Shown one piece after another: positions 1 through 11,100 of a DNA stretch of 64,000 nt. A program made the translations under genes and the position numbers. The stretch's first letter is position 1. Each line of letters opens with the position of its first letter. This stretch comes from Eutreptiella sp. 'Long Island Sound 2002' (lineage: Eukaryota > Protista > Euglenida), in NCBI GenBank assembly GCA_964036045.1, contig OZ038378.1:11036001-11100000 (forward strand), read 5' to 3'. The notes beneath the pieces are model-generated. The model worked only from the letters and a program-made list of their open reading frames with translations. It was not told the DNA's origin and made no database searches.

Positions 1-1112
1 GCACTCCTGAAAAGACAGTGTGAGCTTGATCATGAAAACTCATGAAGGAGGCACCCAAGAAAGGGGTTGGGTCCTGAGGCCCTTGGAAGGTTTCCAAGCC
101 ACCCGGGCGCAATTAGTCCGTGTGGCTCCCCACCTCTGTGTTTGGCAAAGGTATTTAAGTCGGTGCACAGGCAATGATGCGCGCAAGATGCGAAATGGGA
201 AGTGCAGCATGGGAGGCGTCCCCAGTATCCTGGGAGCGGACCAATGACCCAATTGTATTCCTTGTGCAACATAGCAAAGGGAGGGGGCCCAAGGACCCTA
301 GTGCCGCATAGGAGGCCTACAGAGATGTAGTGTGCACATGCAGAGGCTGGGAAGCAGGCAGCAGCCAAACCCCTGTCCGATTCGATGGGCAATGTGGCAT
401 GAGGTAGCATGAATGCCCACGGCGCCAAGACGACCACTTCAAAGACGGCAACACCTCCGGATATGTCCAAGCAGCAGGTTTCCTGGACTGGGATTCGGTG
501 TGGCGTCAGATGTGCAACTGATGATCCATGGGTCAGATTGGCATGCACCACCGATGCCAATGATTGCTGTTGAGTGAGCAGCAAAGGCTGCAACTCAGGG
601 CGCGATGCCTGGATCACAATCTGGCCAGCAAACCCTGGGGCCAGGGTGGGACCTGCATGCTGCTCATGGTTGCAGAACCGGACTGCATTCGTCCTGTTCC
701 TCCACCCGGCTGGCTTCTATGAAGGCTGTTTGGTAAGGTATTGCAAAGCAGGATGCTGTTCCAGCCTTTCGCAGCCTTTTGCAGCCTTTTGCTGCCTCTG
801 CAGCGGTGTTGTGCTGTGTTGTGCAATGCAGCATCGCTGGGCTGCATTCTCCAACAGTCTGGTGGGTTGTGGAGTGCTGTACCTCGATGTTCCCCTCTCT
901 TTTCCTTTTATTATTATTTTTATTTGCCACTGGCTGGTAATGCAATGTAAAGATACCGTTCCTGCACAGGTTATGCGGCACACTCGAGCCAGATGCTCGG
1001 AGTAGTCCACACGGGGGACCGGTTGCATTGGCCAACAACGACGCCTTTTAATCCAATCCAATCCATTCCGTCTGTCTGCTGCTCGCCCCTCCCCCTTGCC
1101 TCCCTCTTGCAG

Positions 1113-1341
1113 CTCCTACAATTTTGCCCTCAGGTATGAGACGAAGGGGATGGTTGCCCTTGAAGAGGAGGAGGCATTGAGTTCCTATGAACTTTTGGAG
1201 GAGGCCGTTCTCTACACGTCGCCTGCATCGTCTTCTCTTCTTCCCATTGCCACTCCGCTTCTGGAAAAGGCGCTGGAAGGCGACATGCGCGTGGTGCACA
1301 CCCTGTTCCGCCTGAACCGCTGCCTGACCAATGTGGTCCAG
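1113..1341 (+). CDS. Gene A (uncharacterised multi-pass membrane protein), first visible internal exon: SYNFALRYETKG...LNRCLTNVVQ
   Basis: Pyrimidine tract plus AG at 1111-1112, open frame, phase-0 donor CAG|GTGATG at 1342 that matches the phase-0 start of the next exon. Upstream exons were not identified. Confidence 0.6.
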
Positions 1342-1494
1342 GTGATGCCCCTTCCCCAGCGCTTCGCAGCTGTCGACTGCAACAACAGCAGACAATTGCC
1401 TGGTGGAGAAGCATGGGCAGTATTCGTTTTCTTGTTGGGCGTTTTTCAACTTTTGCAACCCCCCCCCCCCCTGCACACACACACTTGACAGTAG

Positions 1495-1735
1495 GTGTTA
1501 GTTCTAGTTGTAGTGGTCAGTGTTGTTGTATGTGGAGTAGGTTTCGTTGCAGGAAGAGTGAGAACAGTTGCAGGAGGTGCAGTAGGTGTCGTTGTGGGTG
1601 TAATTCTGGGTGTAGTAGGTGTAGTTGGGGAAGTTGTTGGTGTAGTAAGCGTAGTAGGTGTATTTGCGGATGCAGTAGTTGTAGTAGCAGGCAGTTGTGG
1701 GCGCGGTAGGTGTAATTGTTGGTGCAGTCAGAGGA
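1495..1735. repeat. Low-complexity GTA/GTT/GGT triplet tract (intronic)
   Basis: gtagtaggtgtagttg-type repeats. The Val/Gly-rich ORFs here are artefacts. Confidence 0.8.
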
Positions 1736-2838
1736 AGAAGCTCAGCCTGCACTGCATATGAAACCCCCTCCCATTAGGAATTTGGTCTTATCTTCATCAG
1801 CATCATCGGTGGTCCCAGCACTGGACGCCTGGCGCTGCACTGGGGCAACTCCACTGTGCCTGTGGATGTGACACTGACGAGGAGGGAGGGAGGGAGGGAG
1901 GGCACAACACCCAGAATGGCATCTTCTCGTCGGAGGCTTTCCAGTGGCAGTCTGCTGAGCAAGAGCCCATGCTGCCCTGGGGACCTGTCCTCTGCCCCAC
2001 CAGGCCACCAACAGGGGGTCATCTATTACCTGGACCCCAGCCAAGAACTGTCTGTGTCGCCCCAAGGGAGCCGATCAGGAGGGGCTTAATCGTTGCATAG
2101 ATACTGAGGCCTTGCAATATCACGCAACAGTTATGGCACCTGTGCCGCATACTGGCTTGACAACATTCTACCATTTTTTCCCGATGCAATCCCATTAAAA
2201 ACTATGGAGCATACCATCCCCCCCCCCCCCCTCCGTTGCTCTCATGCTGCCACTTCTTTGGGTTCAACATGTACTTCCTTTCTGCAGCCCATCTCTTTTT
2301 AGCACTGCACTACGCCTTTCCAAATCTAAAGTCTCTGCTACCTGGCCCTTACTCCAATACCATCATAAAAAAGTGTTCCCATCCTGTGTTTTGCCTACTT
2401 CATGCAGTGTTCTGTACCACTCAACCACTTCATTCCTCTCATGATTTTTCTTCGTCGCAAAGATAACAAATGGTATCTTCGCTTTGCTTCGGCCAAAATC
2501 CTTTTCTCTTAGTGTGTGGGCCCCTACCCGGGAAAACTTCAGGGTTGGGATTAGGTGGGGGTGTGGTCTTTTCACCCTGAAGTTTCTGATCGGTGGTGGT
2601 GGAAATTTTTTACCATGCTAGGGATGATGTTGATGTTGATCCTGCACAGCCGAATATTTCGATGACCATCAATTAGGGCTGGGGATGTGGCACACCTTAT
2701 TTGTAAGTGGATCAAAGAAACAACCAGTAGAAATTCATCTGCTACCCCAATTTCTCATTGTCCAAATAGTCCTCTCTGCTCTCGTGGAAAGTGCACAACA
2801 CCCCTTGCCCAAACGACATTGTCGCAGGTGATGCATGG

Positions 2839-2879
<41 letters not shown>

Positions 2880-5800
2880 ACTTTAGCCCATACTAGGGCA
2901 CTACAAAGTAGAGTGGTGGATCGTCTCGACAACCCGTGAACTTGGGAGTTCCTACTCACACTTCTGGATTGGTAAGAACCGTGTGCGTCTGTGTGGGAAG
3001 AATGATTGGCGTACATTCAATTTGCTTCTGATTGTACCCTTGACCACTTTGACTTCACCTTGCACCTGTATCAGTGATACATATTACCACTCACTGATGT
3101 GAATGCTTGAATCAATGCATTTTTGTGGAATTGAGACCGAAACACCTGAGTGAACCCGATCCGGCATTGTCTCCACTTCCTTTCCTACAACCATGGCACT
3201 CTTCTACCGGTTACGCCATAGGTACATGAATTCTTGTTGAGAAAGTCTTCTTTCCTTGCATTGTTGCATTGTGTGTGTGTGTGTGTGTGTGTTTGAGCAA
3301 TCGGTTACACTTGTCTCCAAGCCGTATCACTTGTATGTACTTCAGGGATGCTGCGCAACAGAGGGAAAAGGGGGGGGGGGGTGGCAAGGGGGGGCAAAAA
3401 GTGTACCCAGGAACCTCCTTGAACCATTATTGGAGCGCACCCACATGAAGCCCAAATGCTAGACTCAGATTCATCGCAACTGTAGCAACACTGCAGGCAG
3501 GACTGGGAACACTTCCAGCCTATCTAGCTATACTTCACTTACCTCCATACACCCATTCATTCAGTCTCTTTCTGGTTTACTCTTTGTGTGCAGTCAACGC
3601 TCTGGATCCCATCTTCCGGTCCCATCTTCCTTCGCTATGCTTCCGCATTATTTATGCTTGACCATGGTGATCAGCTTTTCATCAGTGGACCCTGCAACCT
3701 CATGTGGGACCCCGCCGCTTTGTCCTTTCAGTCCTTCCCCGTGTTTTCCCGACTCTTGGTTAGCAGATGCATACGGCCATGCCTTTTACACATGTGTCAG
3801 GGTTTCATGCCCACGTCCATGTCTGTCTACCCCATTTTGGGATGCTGCTTCATGTGTACCAGTGTTTCATTATGCCCCTGCAAATGATATCCCCTGCCCC
3901 AAACATGCACACACCACACACCACATACCACCACTTCATTACAACCAAAATGCCCAGTGCAGATGGCAAAATCAGTGAAGCACACGGCAGGGCACGGCAT
4001 GCCCTGGTCTCCAAACACCTCATCAAGGCAATGGATCACAAAAACATGGGAATCATGAGGCTAAGTGCCCTTATGTTGTAAAGAGCATAGTGCAAACACA
4101 GTGTTCGAGTCATGTGCGAACCCATGCAATCACTTTGTAATCCCCACAAAATGTTCGTGGCGCACATAGCATCAGCTACATGTTTATCTTTGCACCTGTG
4201 GATGCACTTGGTGTTGTTTGGAAATGTTCTCCCTGTTTGTGCTTTTTCGTCGTTGTTTCGGGGGCCTGCACTGCTTGCAAGGAGCTGGTGTCCACTGTGC
4301 ACTTTGCGTGGTACATAGGAGCTGACATTCACTGATTTTGGGACCCGAAGAACAAGTATTGGAGGCCCCCAATTCAAAGTTGCAGGCCCCACCAAATTGG
4401 CTGGGTTGCTGCTTTCTGAGTTGTACAGGCAGCAGGGATCTTAGCAGGGGTCAATTTCATGGGGCATATCTCGTTTTTCAGATTGGTGCCAAAGTTTCCC
4501 CGTTCCAATAGTTTTGCGCAATTTGGGCCACTTCTTGCTCTCTGGGTTGGCGGGTCGGCGGATTGCACCTTTGTTCTTTAGGGAGGTACTGGTACCCTTG
4601 TTATGCATCAGGATGTATACTAGCAGGGTTGTGGTGTGTGCACAGTGAGTTGTCTGCTGTCATATTGCAGGCCCATGGACAAGAGTCAGCAAACCCACAC
4701 ACCGCTGTTCTTGGTAACAAGTTGAACTGTATGGCTCCCAAACGCAAAGGCAAAGGCAAACAATGTGTTTCATGCAAATGGAAATCTTGTCACAAGTGGT
4801 CTGCTTTCTAGAAAAAGGAGGCAGCGTTGTGGTTCAAGTGTGCCGGTTCCAAACCATGTGACTTGCTTTGGGATGATGAGTACCAGGTACTCATCATCCA
4901 GATACTCCAGGGTACTTGCCAGCGGCCAGCGGACCAAAAATTGCTGAGCAGGCCACATCAACCCCCTCAGGCGTCCATCTACTTTGCGGGAGGATCCAAG
5001 ATGTCCCAGGTGGTGGTACTGCAAAATGTGACCTTAGGATCGGTGTCCCTTGCTGCTTTCCTCTCTCTCTTCCCCATACTTAATGATTGCTGGTGGCCAT
5101 GCATTGTTCTGGTTGTGGGAAGCTCTCCCCTTGTCCTTTTGAGTGAGGCCACTAGGGTTGGTGTCAAACACAAACAATGTTCCACTTGGCAACCGTTGAA
5201 TTCTTCTTTGGGGATAGAGTCGGTCAAACCCCTTGAGTCATGGAAATATGGGAGGATTCTGGTGAGGGATGAGGGGACTGTTCTGTCAATGGGCTTCAGG
5301 ATACTTTTTTGGGAGGTCAGCATGGCCTGTTTTAGTTTTTGCAAAAAATTGTGCGAATTTGCGAAGAAGCCTGCAGGCCAATGGGCTCACAAGCTCTTGG
5401 CCCCGGGCGAAGTTGATTGGTGCATCCACAATGTCATCCACATTGGCCTACAACCTGAAGCACCAGCTGTTCTTGAGGATGATGAATGTACTAAGAACAG
5501 GGATGAGGATCAAGTGTGATTCCTTGTGTTGTAGTGGAGGTGTGACTGAGGGGAATGACATTGTTTTGCGTGGAGATGTCATCAATTATGCTGCAATCCC
5601 TCTTTGCATAACATCAGTGCCGGTGAGTGAGTATTTTTGATTGTGCTGACAGTGCAATTCAATTTGTGTGCACGACCTTAATTATGCCCAGACTCATGCC
5701 ACTGCAGAAAGCACAGCAACTGCTCAAGCAAGCTCTACTTCAAGTTCCAGCACAGCGTATATTTCGAATAGTGATTCCAGCTCCAATTTATGTCGTGATT

Positions 5801-5989
5801 TAGACTCTAGTTCATGCTACTCGGACTCTGACTCTGACCCTGATATAGCCATGAGTAGCCTGATATTTTCATTATCTTGCAAGAGGAGGCGTCGGTGTGC
5901 TGCTGTCACTGAGAACAGCCAGAAATGGCTGTGAGCCAACGTTTTCTTCAGATGTGTCAACATTGTCGGGGGGAAATCTTGACCCCGGG

Positions 5990-6420
5990 GGGGCGGCCGG
6001 GCCCGGTTCTTGTATGCGACACCCCCCAGCCCCCCCCCCCCCCCCCGAGTTTTGAAAGATAGCGGTGCGGGGGCCCTGGCGCCAAATTTTTTGTCCCATG
6101 GTTGGTTGAGAGGGGTACTATGCCTTTAGTCCTTAAGACCCTTAAGACTTTCTTCCTGGCAAAGACGAGAAATCACTATTATCGCATACATACCTCTATA
6201 CCCCCATGCCCCCAGACACACACACCCCCTTGAGATATGCATGTGGTAGTAGTGGGTTGCGCGCAGCCCCCCCCTCCCCCGCCGAGCTGCCAATACCCCG
6301 CCCACCCCCTCCCCCACGCTCCCGCCGACTTTCCCCCCCTGCCCCAACTGTCCCCTCCCCCCCCTGCAAGTTTTGACAGATAGATAGCTGGGGGGGGGGT
6401 GTCGCATCAGGACCAGTTGT
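5990..6420. repeat. Dispersed MITE-like repeat with inverted ends
   Basis: tgcgacacccccc(c)agc at ~6014 versus gctgggg...ggtgtcgca at ~6388, each with an 'agttttga.agatag' motif nearby. Confidence 0.4.
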
Positions 6421-6762
6421 AGTCGCCCCCCCCGGGATCTTGACAAAGAGGCTCATACAGCCTTCCGCCTTCTTGACAAGTTTCCCCTTGCCTAGTTAAA
6501 TGCATCTGAAACGGTTCCTGAAGTGGCGGACCCAGGATTTGAGTTGGCAGGGAGCTGTATGTGCAGGCAAGGTAGTGGTTAGTACATGTGTTGTGTGCAT
6601 TGTTACCGCTACAACAATTGCAACAACGGTCCCTCGACAGGCGGTGAGCGCACCCGCTAAAGTGCGATGTTCCAATTTTACTTGCCGTTTCAATGCCCTC
6701 CCTTCCTCCCTCCCTGCGTCCGTCCCTCCGTCCCTCCCTCCCTCCATTCATGCATTTTGCAG

Positions 6763-6888
6763 AAGAAGATTGCGGTGGGCCATTACCCTCAGGGCAACTG
6801 GCGCAACCTGATTCCCATCAAACACATGCTTAGCATCCTGACCGACATCATCGTCCTGCCCAAGCGAGTGCACATGACAAGGCCGGAG
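6763..6888 (+). CDS. Gene A exon: KKIAVGHYPQGNWRNLIPIKHMLSILTDIIVLPKR(VHMTRPE)
   Basis: Acceptor ttttgcag| at 6762 and coding-like codon usage. Two phase-0 GT donors are possible (6868 or 6889). Confidence 0.65.
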
Positions 6889-7973
6889 GTGAACATCTAC
6901 ATGTACGCATTATTGACCAACAAGTCTCTGCAATGATCGTGCTTTCCTGTGCCTATCCGTCTAGAGCCCTTTCTGATGTTCAACAGAACCGTTGTGTCAG
7001 CTGGTAGGATGAGGCAGGGCACGGGTCTGGTGTTCCTTCTGGGCGGCGGCGGCGGCCTCGGTGGCGGTGGAACGGGGGGGGGGGGACTGCAGCGCAATTC
7101 TCCATGTGGAACCAGTTGCCGCAGGATAGGCCAACATTTCAGTCTGACCTTGACTTGTGTGGGTACCAGCGGGTGGGATTGCGTCTGCACAGCCACAGGT
7201 TATCGGTTGTAGAGGGTTGTTGTGGGTTGACGACGGAGCACGATGAGGGGGTCGCCCTGTGGAATGACGGACGCCAACAGGGTGAGGATCGCGCACCCTG
7301 AAGATGGGCGGAGGCAGGGGCTTCAGAGTTCCGCCGCCCCCCCCCCCCCCCCTCCCCGAGACCACTGATTTGTAACAGTTGGCGCCCTTGCACTGTGCTA
7401 CAATCCCCACCTGATTTGTGGTGCAGAGCACCCTCCGAACTTCACGCTGCATGTGAAGCCCGTCAGCGCTGGCAGTTCAGTGGACGCCATGGGGGCAGAC
7501 CGCTGCAATCGTGAGAAGGGGAACAGACGTTTCACTCTCATCCACAAAAAAAACGGCACCCCTTTCCCCCCGCCTCCCAGTGTCTACACACCCCCACTAA
7601 AGACCTACATCAACAAAAGCAGGTCACACAAAAGACCTGTCACTGGACACCACTTGTACTACACGGTACCCAACCAGCCTTTATGGCAGCCCCCCAGGAA
7701 GGAGTAGGAGAAGGAGCAGGAGGATGGAGGGACCTCGACAAGGGGTCTCCACGATCCCCACCAAACACCACCGGGTCGAGATCCAGATGACTTTAAACCC
7801 TTCGGCTGTCAACCCCCATCCCCCCGCCTTGGGGCCCTTCAATCGTCCTCAACAACGCCACGGTAATGCTCAAGATGGCTAGTAATCCTCGATTCCCCTG
7901 ATCGAATCGCACGTTCTTGCGCCCCCCCCCCCCCCGTCCTGCATTGTTCTGACTTTTGTGGTTTGAGGATCAG

Positions 7974-8031
7974 CCGGTGGACCTCATTTTCTGCGCCATC
8001 GACGCCGAAGAGCAGCGACGTCCCAGCGCGG
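7974..8031 (+). CDS. Gene A short exon: PVDLIFCAIDAEEQRRPSA (3' boundary uncertain)
   Basis: Phase-0 CAG acceptor at 7973 (GAG at 7967 is the alternative). The 3' end is either 8031 (stem-loop intron model) or a GT donor near 8050-8065. Confidence 0.45.
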
Positions 8032-8443
8032 CGTCAGGCTTGGGGCACGTGTGGGAGGAGTGGGTGTGTTGTGTTTGTTTCCCCCCAAAAGGTGCCCGGC
8101 CGGCAGTCGGCGGTCAACCGTCAACGCCCCCCGCCCCTTCGACGCCCGCCCGGATCAAACCGAAAACCAAGCGAAAGAGAAAGGGAAACATGCAGACCGG
8201 TCCAGCAGTCGTGTCTCGCGAACCACTTTCGGCAAGTCCTCACGAGCCTCCCTCCACCGCCCTCCTTGACACTCTCATGAGGCGTCCATGCGACACCACC
8301 AAAGGCGCTGCCAACGGTCCTCATTGACCCTCAAAACCTTTGTGATTGCTGCCCAGCAGCCTTTCGACATTCCTGATGTGCCTGAAACAAGTATCCCCCC
8401 CCCCCCCCCTTACGTCCCTCCACCGCCGTCGAGCACTGTCCGT

Positions 8444-8588
8444 ATCCCCTGATGACCTTCACCGACTCTGATGACCCCACACAATCCTCGAACGATTCGG
8501 TTCTGAGTGGGTGGATGGATCGGTTGGTCATCGGCCGTTTCTTCAGTTTGAGCCCCGAGCGGGTGGAACTTGGTTTCGGCATGCACGA
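8444..8588 (+). CDS. Gene A exon: (D)PLMTFTDSDDPTQ...ERVELGFGMH(E)
   Basis: Phase-2 donor GA|GTGCGT at 8589 joins the 9117 exon to give GAA. The 5' boundary is 8444 (non-canonical) or 8434 (GAG acceptor). Confidence 0.65.
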
Positions 8589-8886
8589 GTGCGTTTGCTC
8601 TGGGGGGAGCGGGGCAAAACCCCAAAACAGCCCGACCCCCCCCCCCACCTCACAGCCGACAAAGGACCTCGAATTGAGAGCGAAAAGTATCGACTCGGTG
8701 ATGATGCTATGGAGCACCGCCGAACCGGGGATTTGCTGAGCAATGGCCACAGGGGAACGGAATCGTTGGGGGTGCTTTTTTGAGGTGCGCAAGGAATGTG
8801 CCCCAGTCTGCGCTTTCTCATCTATGTTCCAACCCGCAGCTGCATTTGCCGATCTCCCCGCTGCCGATGCAAGGAGGCGCATGCAT

Positions 8887-8950
8887 GTCGCAGGGGCTGC
8901 GCAGCAGGGTTGCAGATCAACGACTCCTGGTTCGAATCCCAGCCGGACAC
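8887..8950 (+). pseudogene. tRNA-Cys(GCA)-like 3' half (tRNA pseudogene or SINE head) in an intron of gene A
   Basis: TTGCAGATCAA (GCA anticodon context) followed by CCTGGTTCGAATCCCAG (T-arm/B box). The 5' half and acceptor stem are not intact. Confidence 0.45.
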
Positions 8951-9116
8951 GGCAAGGCTATTGCAAGCGCTGGGATGTCTACAGCCACCCTCGCGTGCCG
9001 GCAGGAACGGGGGGGGGGGGGCGTAAATAGGCGGGAGTATTGGAAGCGCCCGGCCCTCTGCCTTTGTGTTCCGCCGATGCTGCCCCCTCCTGACCTGTTG
9101 ATGGTGCGTCTGCTAG

Positions 9117-9279
9117 AGCGGAGGACCGCTACAAGGCCTACGGCGTGTCTTTGTGCCAAGTGATCCTGATTGTTGTGCTGATGATGGGGATCGATCTCTC
9201 GAGCTTTGGGGAGTCGCACATGTCGATCCTTTTCTCTGCAGTCGTGACTGCAGTCGTTGCCACCAGCGTGTACAAGCAG
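9117..9279 (+). CDS. Gene A exon with two hydrophobic segments: AEDRYKAYGVSLCQVILIVVLMMGIDLSSFGESHMSILFSAVVTAVVATSVYKQ
   Basis: ctgctag| acceptor, CAG|GTGTGT donor at 9280, phases consistent on both sides. Confidence 0.75.
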
Positions 9280-9602
9280 GTGTGTGTGGGCTGGGGAGAG
9301 GTCATGCCCGCGGGCTGACCGCAGCCCCCTCCTTCCCACCATGCGCCCTCCGTACCCCGGCCCCCCCCCTCCCTACGCAGGGAGGACGCTGCAATGGTGA
9401 GCCGTGGGGCAATCATTCCACTCTCACCCACAGAACTGCACCCCTCCCCCCCATGGCCTCCTCCCTTTGCCGTGCTGCGCCCCACATACGCCCTCGATCA
9501 ACCAAAGCAGGACACACAATACCCAGCCTTCATGGAGCCCCCTCCCCCCCCTGATCTCACGTCAGACAGGAGGCTATGGGAGCGGCGACGGCTGCAGCAG
9601 AC

Positions 9603-9790
9603 CCGCCTACTGTAGCTTGGACACGCCCGTAGCGTGTGCGCAACGCATACAACAGCTTGCATGGTTAGCTGGTGCAAGAAACGGGAATATAATGCACAGA
9701 TATCCCCAAATACAGAGCTATGTGGGTTCAAGTGGGCAAACACTCACAACCAATGTGTCCATGACCCAATGTAGCTGGCAAAGCCCGGCG
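9603..9790 (-). repeat. Dispersed ~180-bp repeat, with an inverted copy at 56515-56690
   Basis: The same pseudo-ORF MFAHLNPHSS.FGDICAL appears in both places, and the similarity stops after TACAGTAGGCG. Confidence 0.85.
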
Positions 9791-9888
9791 CCATCGCCAG
9801 GGCCGTCCTCGCATGCCATAGAATCTCCTGACCATTCGCTGCATTGGCGAGACTGCCGTGGCCCGCGCTTCAAGTTCGTGCAGCTCAG

Positions 9889-9955
9889 TACGCAGCCCCC
9901 CGCCGCACCATCCACGTCTTTGGAGAGCGCATGGAGAACGTGAAGACCTTCGGCG
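9889..9955 (+). CDS. Gene A exon: YAAPRRTIHVFGERMENVKTFG
   Basis: Phase-0 CAG acceptor. The likely donor is G|GCGCGT (GC-AG intron), phase 1, matching the 10194 exon. Confidence 0.5.
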
Positions 9956-10193
9956 GCGCGTTTTCTTTCTTTCTTTGTCGTTCGAAGAATGTAGTGTTTT
10001 GCAGCCAAATCCTTGGAACCCCTTCGCTTACTTGGCCGACTTGGCGTACCTTTGGGCCCCAAGTGAAAGGGGCGCCCACGTTCCTGAAAAAGGCCGGAAC
10101 ACCCCCCCCCCCCCCTTCTTACGGTGTACACTCCACAAAGCAAAGGCCCCAGTCCTCAGCTTGTGTGGTACCCCCGGTGCAGCAGCCCCGCAG

Positions 10194-10286
10194 CCTTTTC
10201 TCATGAGCAGAACGCATGGACGACCAAGGGGCAGTTTATGACCGAGAACCGCGCCGTTCTTCTGGCAACAGACTGGCTTCGACCCT
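10194..10286 (+). CDS. Gene A exon: (A)FSHEQNAWTTKGQFMTENRAVLLATDWLRP
   Basis: Phase-1 cgcag| acceptor. The donor is GTGATG at 10287 (phase 1) or GCCCAG at 10292 (phase 0). Confidence 0.5.
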
Positions 10287-10881
10287 GTGATGCCCAGCAG
10301 ACCCTCGCCCCCCCTCCTCGAGCCCCCCGCCCTGCCTCTCCCTGTCTGCTTTCCCCTGAGAAGCCCCCCCCCCTCTGGATCAGGGCCCGCCAGCCCGCAA
10401 GAACACCGCTGTACTGTACAGTACCCGTCCGGCCTTTCGTGACCCGCCCCGGAGAGCGAGGGCGCGCTGCACGACCGCACCCGCCCAACGCAGCCGATCT
10501 CACGCTAGACAGGAGGTTGTAGTCAAAGGGTGCGCTGGTATATTGGGACCCGGTACTGCCCCCCTGGCCCTGGCTGATCGGCCTGATCATGCCGGGAGTT
10601 CCTGCACTCTGCATTGTGCTATAGATCTATGCTGCTTCCCCTTCTTAGCAGGGGGCTGACCACGGGTTCTCAGTCGGACCGTCATTTTCAGTGACGTGCT
10701 TTCAGTGCTTTTCAAAAGGGGGCGTGGTGTACGGTCCGCTGCATCTGTGTCTCGCTCACGCTAGCCTGAAAGGAATGGGATGCCCAGCCCCCCCCTTTTT
10801 TTGTGGCCGCAAGGTGCAGAGCCGACAGCAGTTGGTTGACTGACAGTGCACTTCAACGCATCAATTCTTTTGCTCACACAG

Positions 10882-11100
10882 GTCGACCAGCACCGCACCT
10901 GCGTGTATGCCTTTGATTTGAGCTACAAACCGGGAGACAAGAATATGCCACCGATGTGCTCTGTGATGCTGTACCTGGATTTCATAGCCAACGTCTTCTT
11001 CGCCATGTTGGTGTTACTCCTGAACTTTGTGCTGCTGATAGTGACCACTGGATGCCTCGACCTTGTCTTGAATTGTACGGCCACACTCTTTATCCTGGAG
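10882..11100 (+). CDS. Gene A exon with transmembrane helices: VDQHRTCVYAF...DFIANVFFAMLVLLLNFVLLIVTTGCLDLVLNCTATLFILE
   Basis: Good acceptor cttttgctcacacag| (alternative at 10846) and phase-0 donor GAG|GTAGTG at 11101. Splices to IDD to give LNCTATLFILEIDD. Confidence 0.8.

Noticed and set aside
1049-1067. Short (ATCCA)3 as the tail of a second (CCAAT)-tailed retroelement in 1-1050
   Set aside because: Only three units, and the upstream sequence does not resemble the 3' end of the 13.7-kb element.
3586-4081. 'DAYGHAFYTC ... RHALVSKHL' resembling the zinc-knuckle/RH motif of RLE-type retroelements
   Set aside because: The two pieces are in different frames and too far apart, so the match is likely coincidental.
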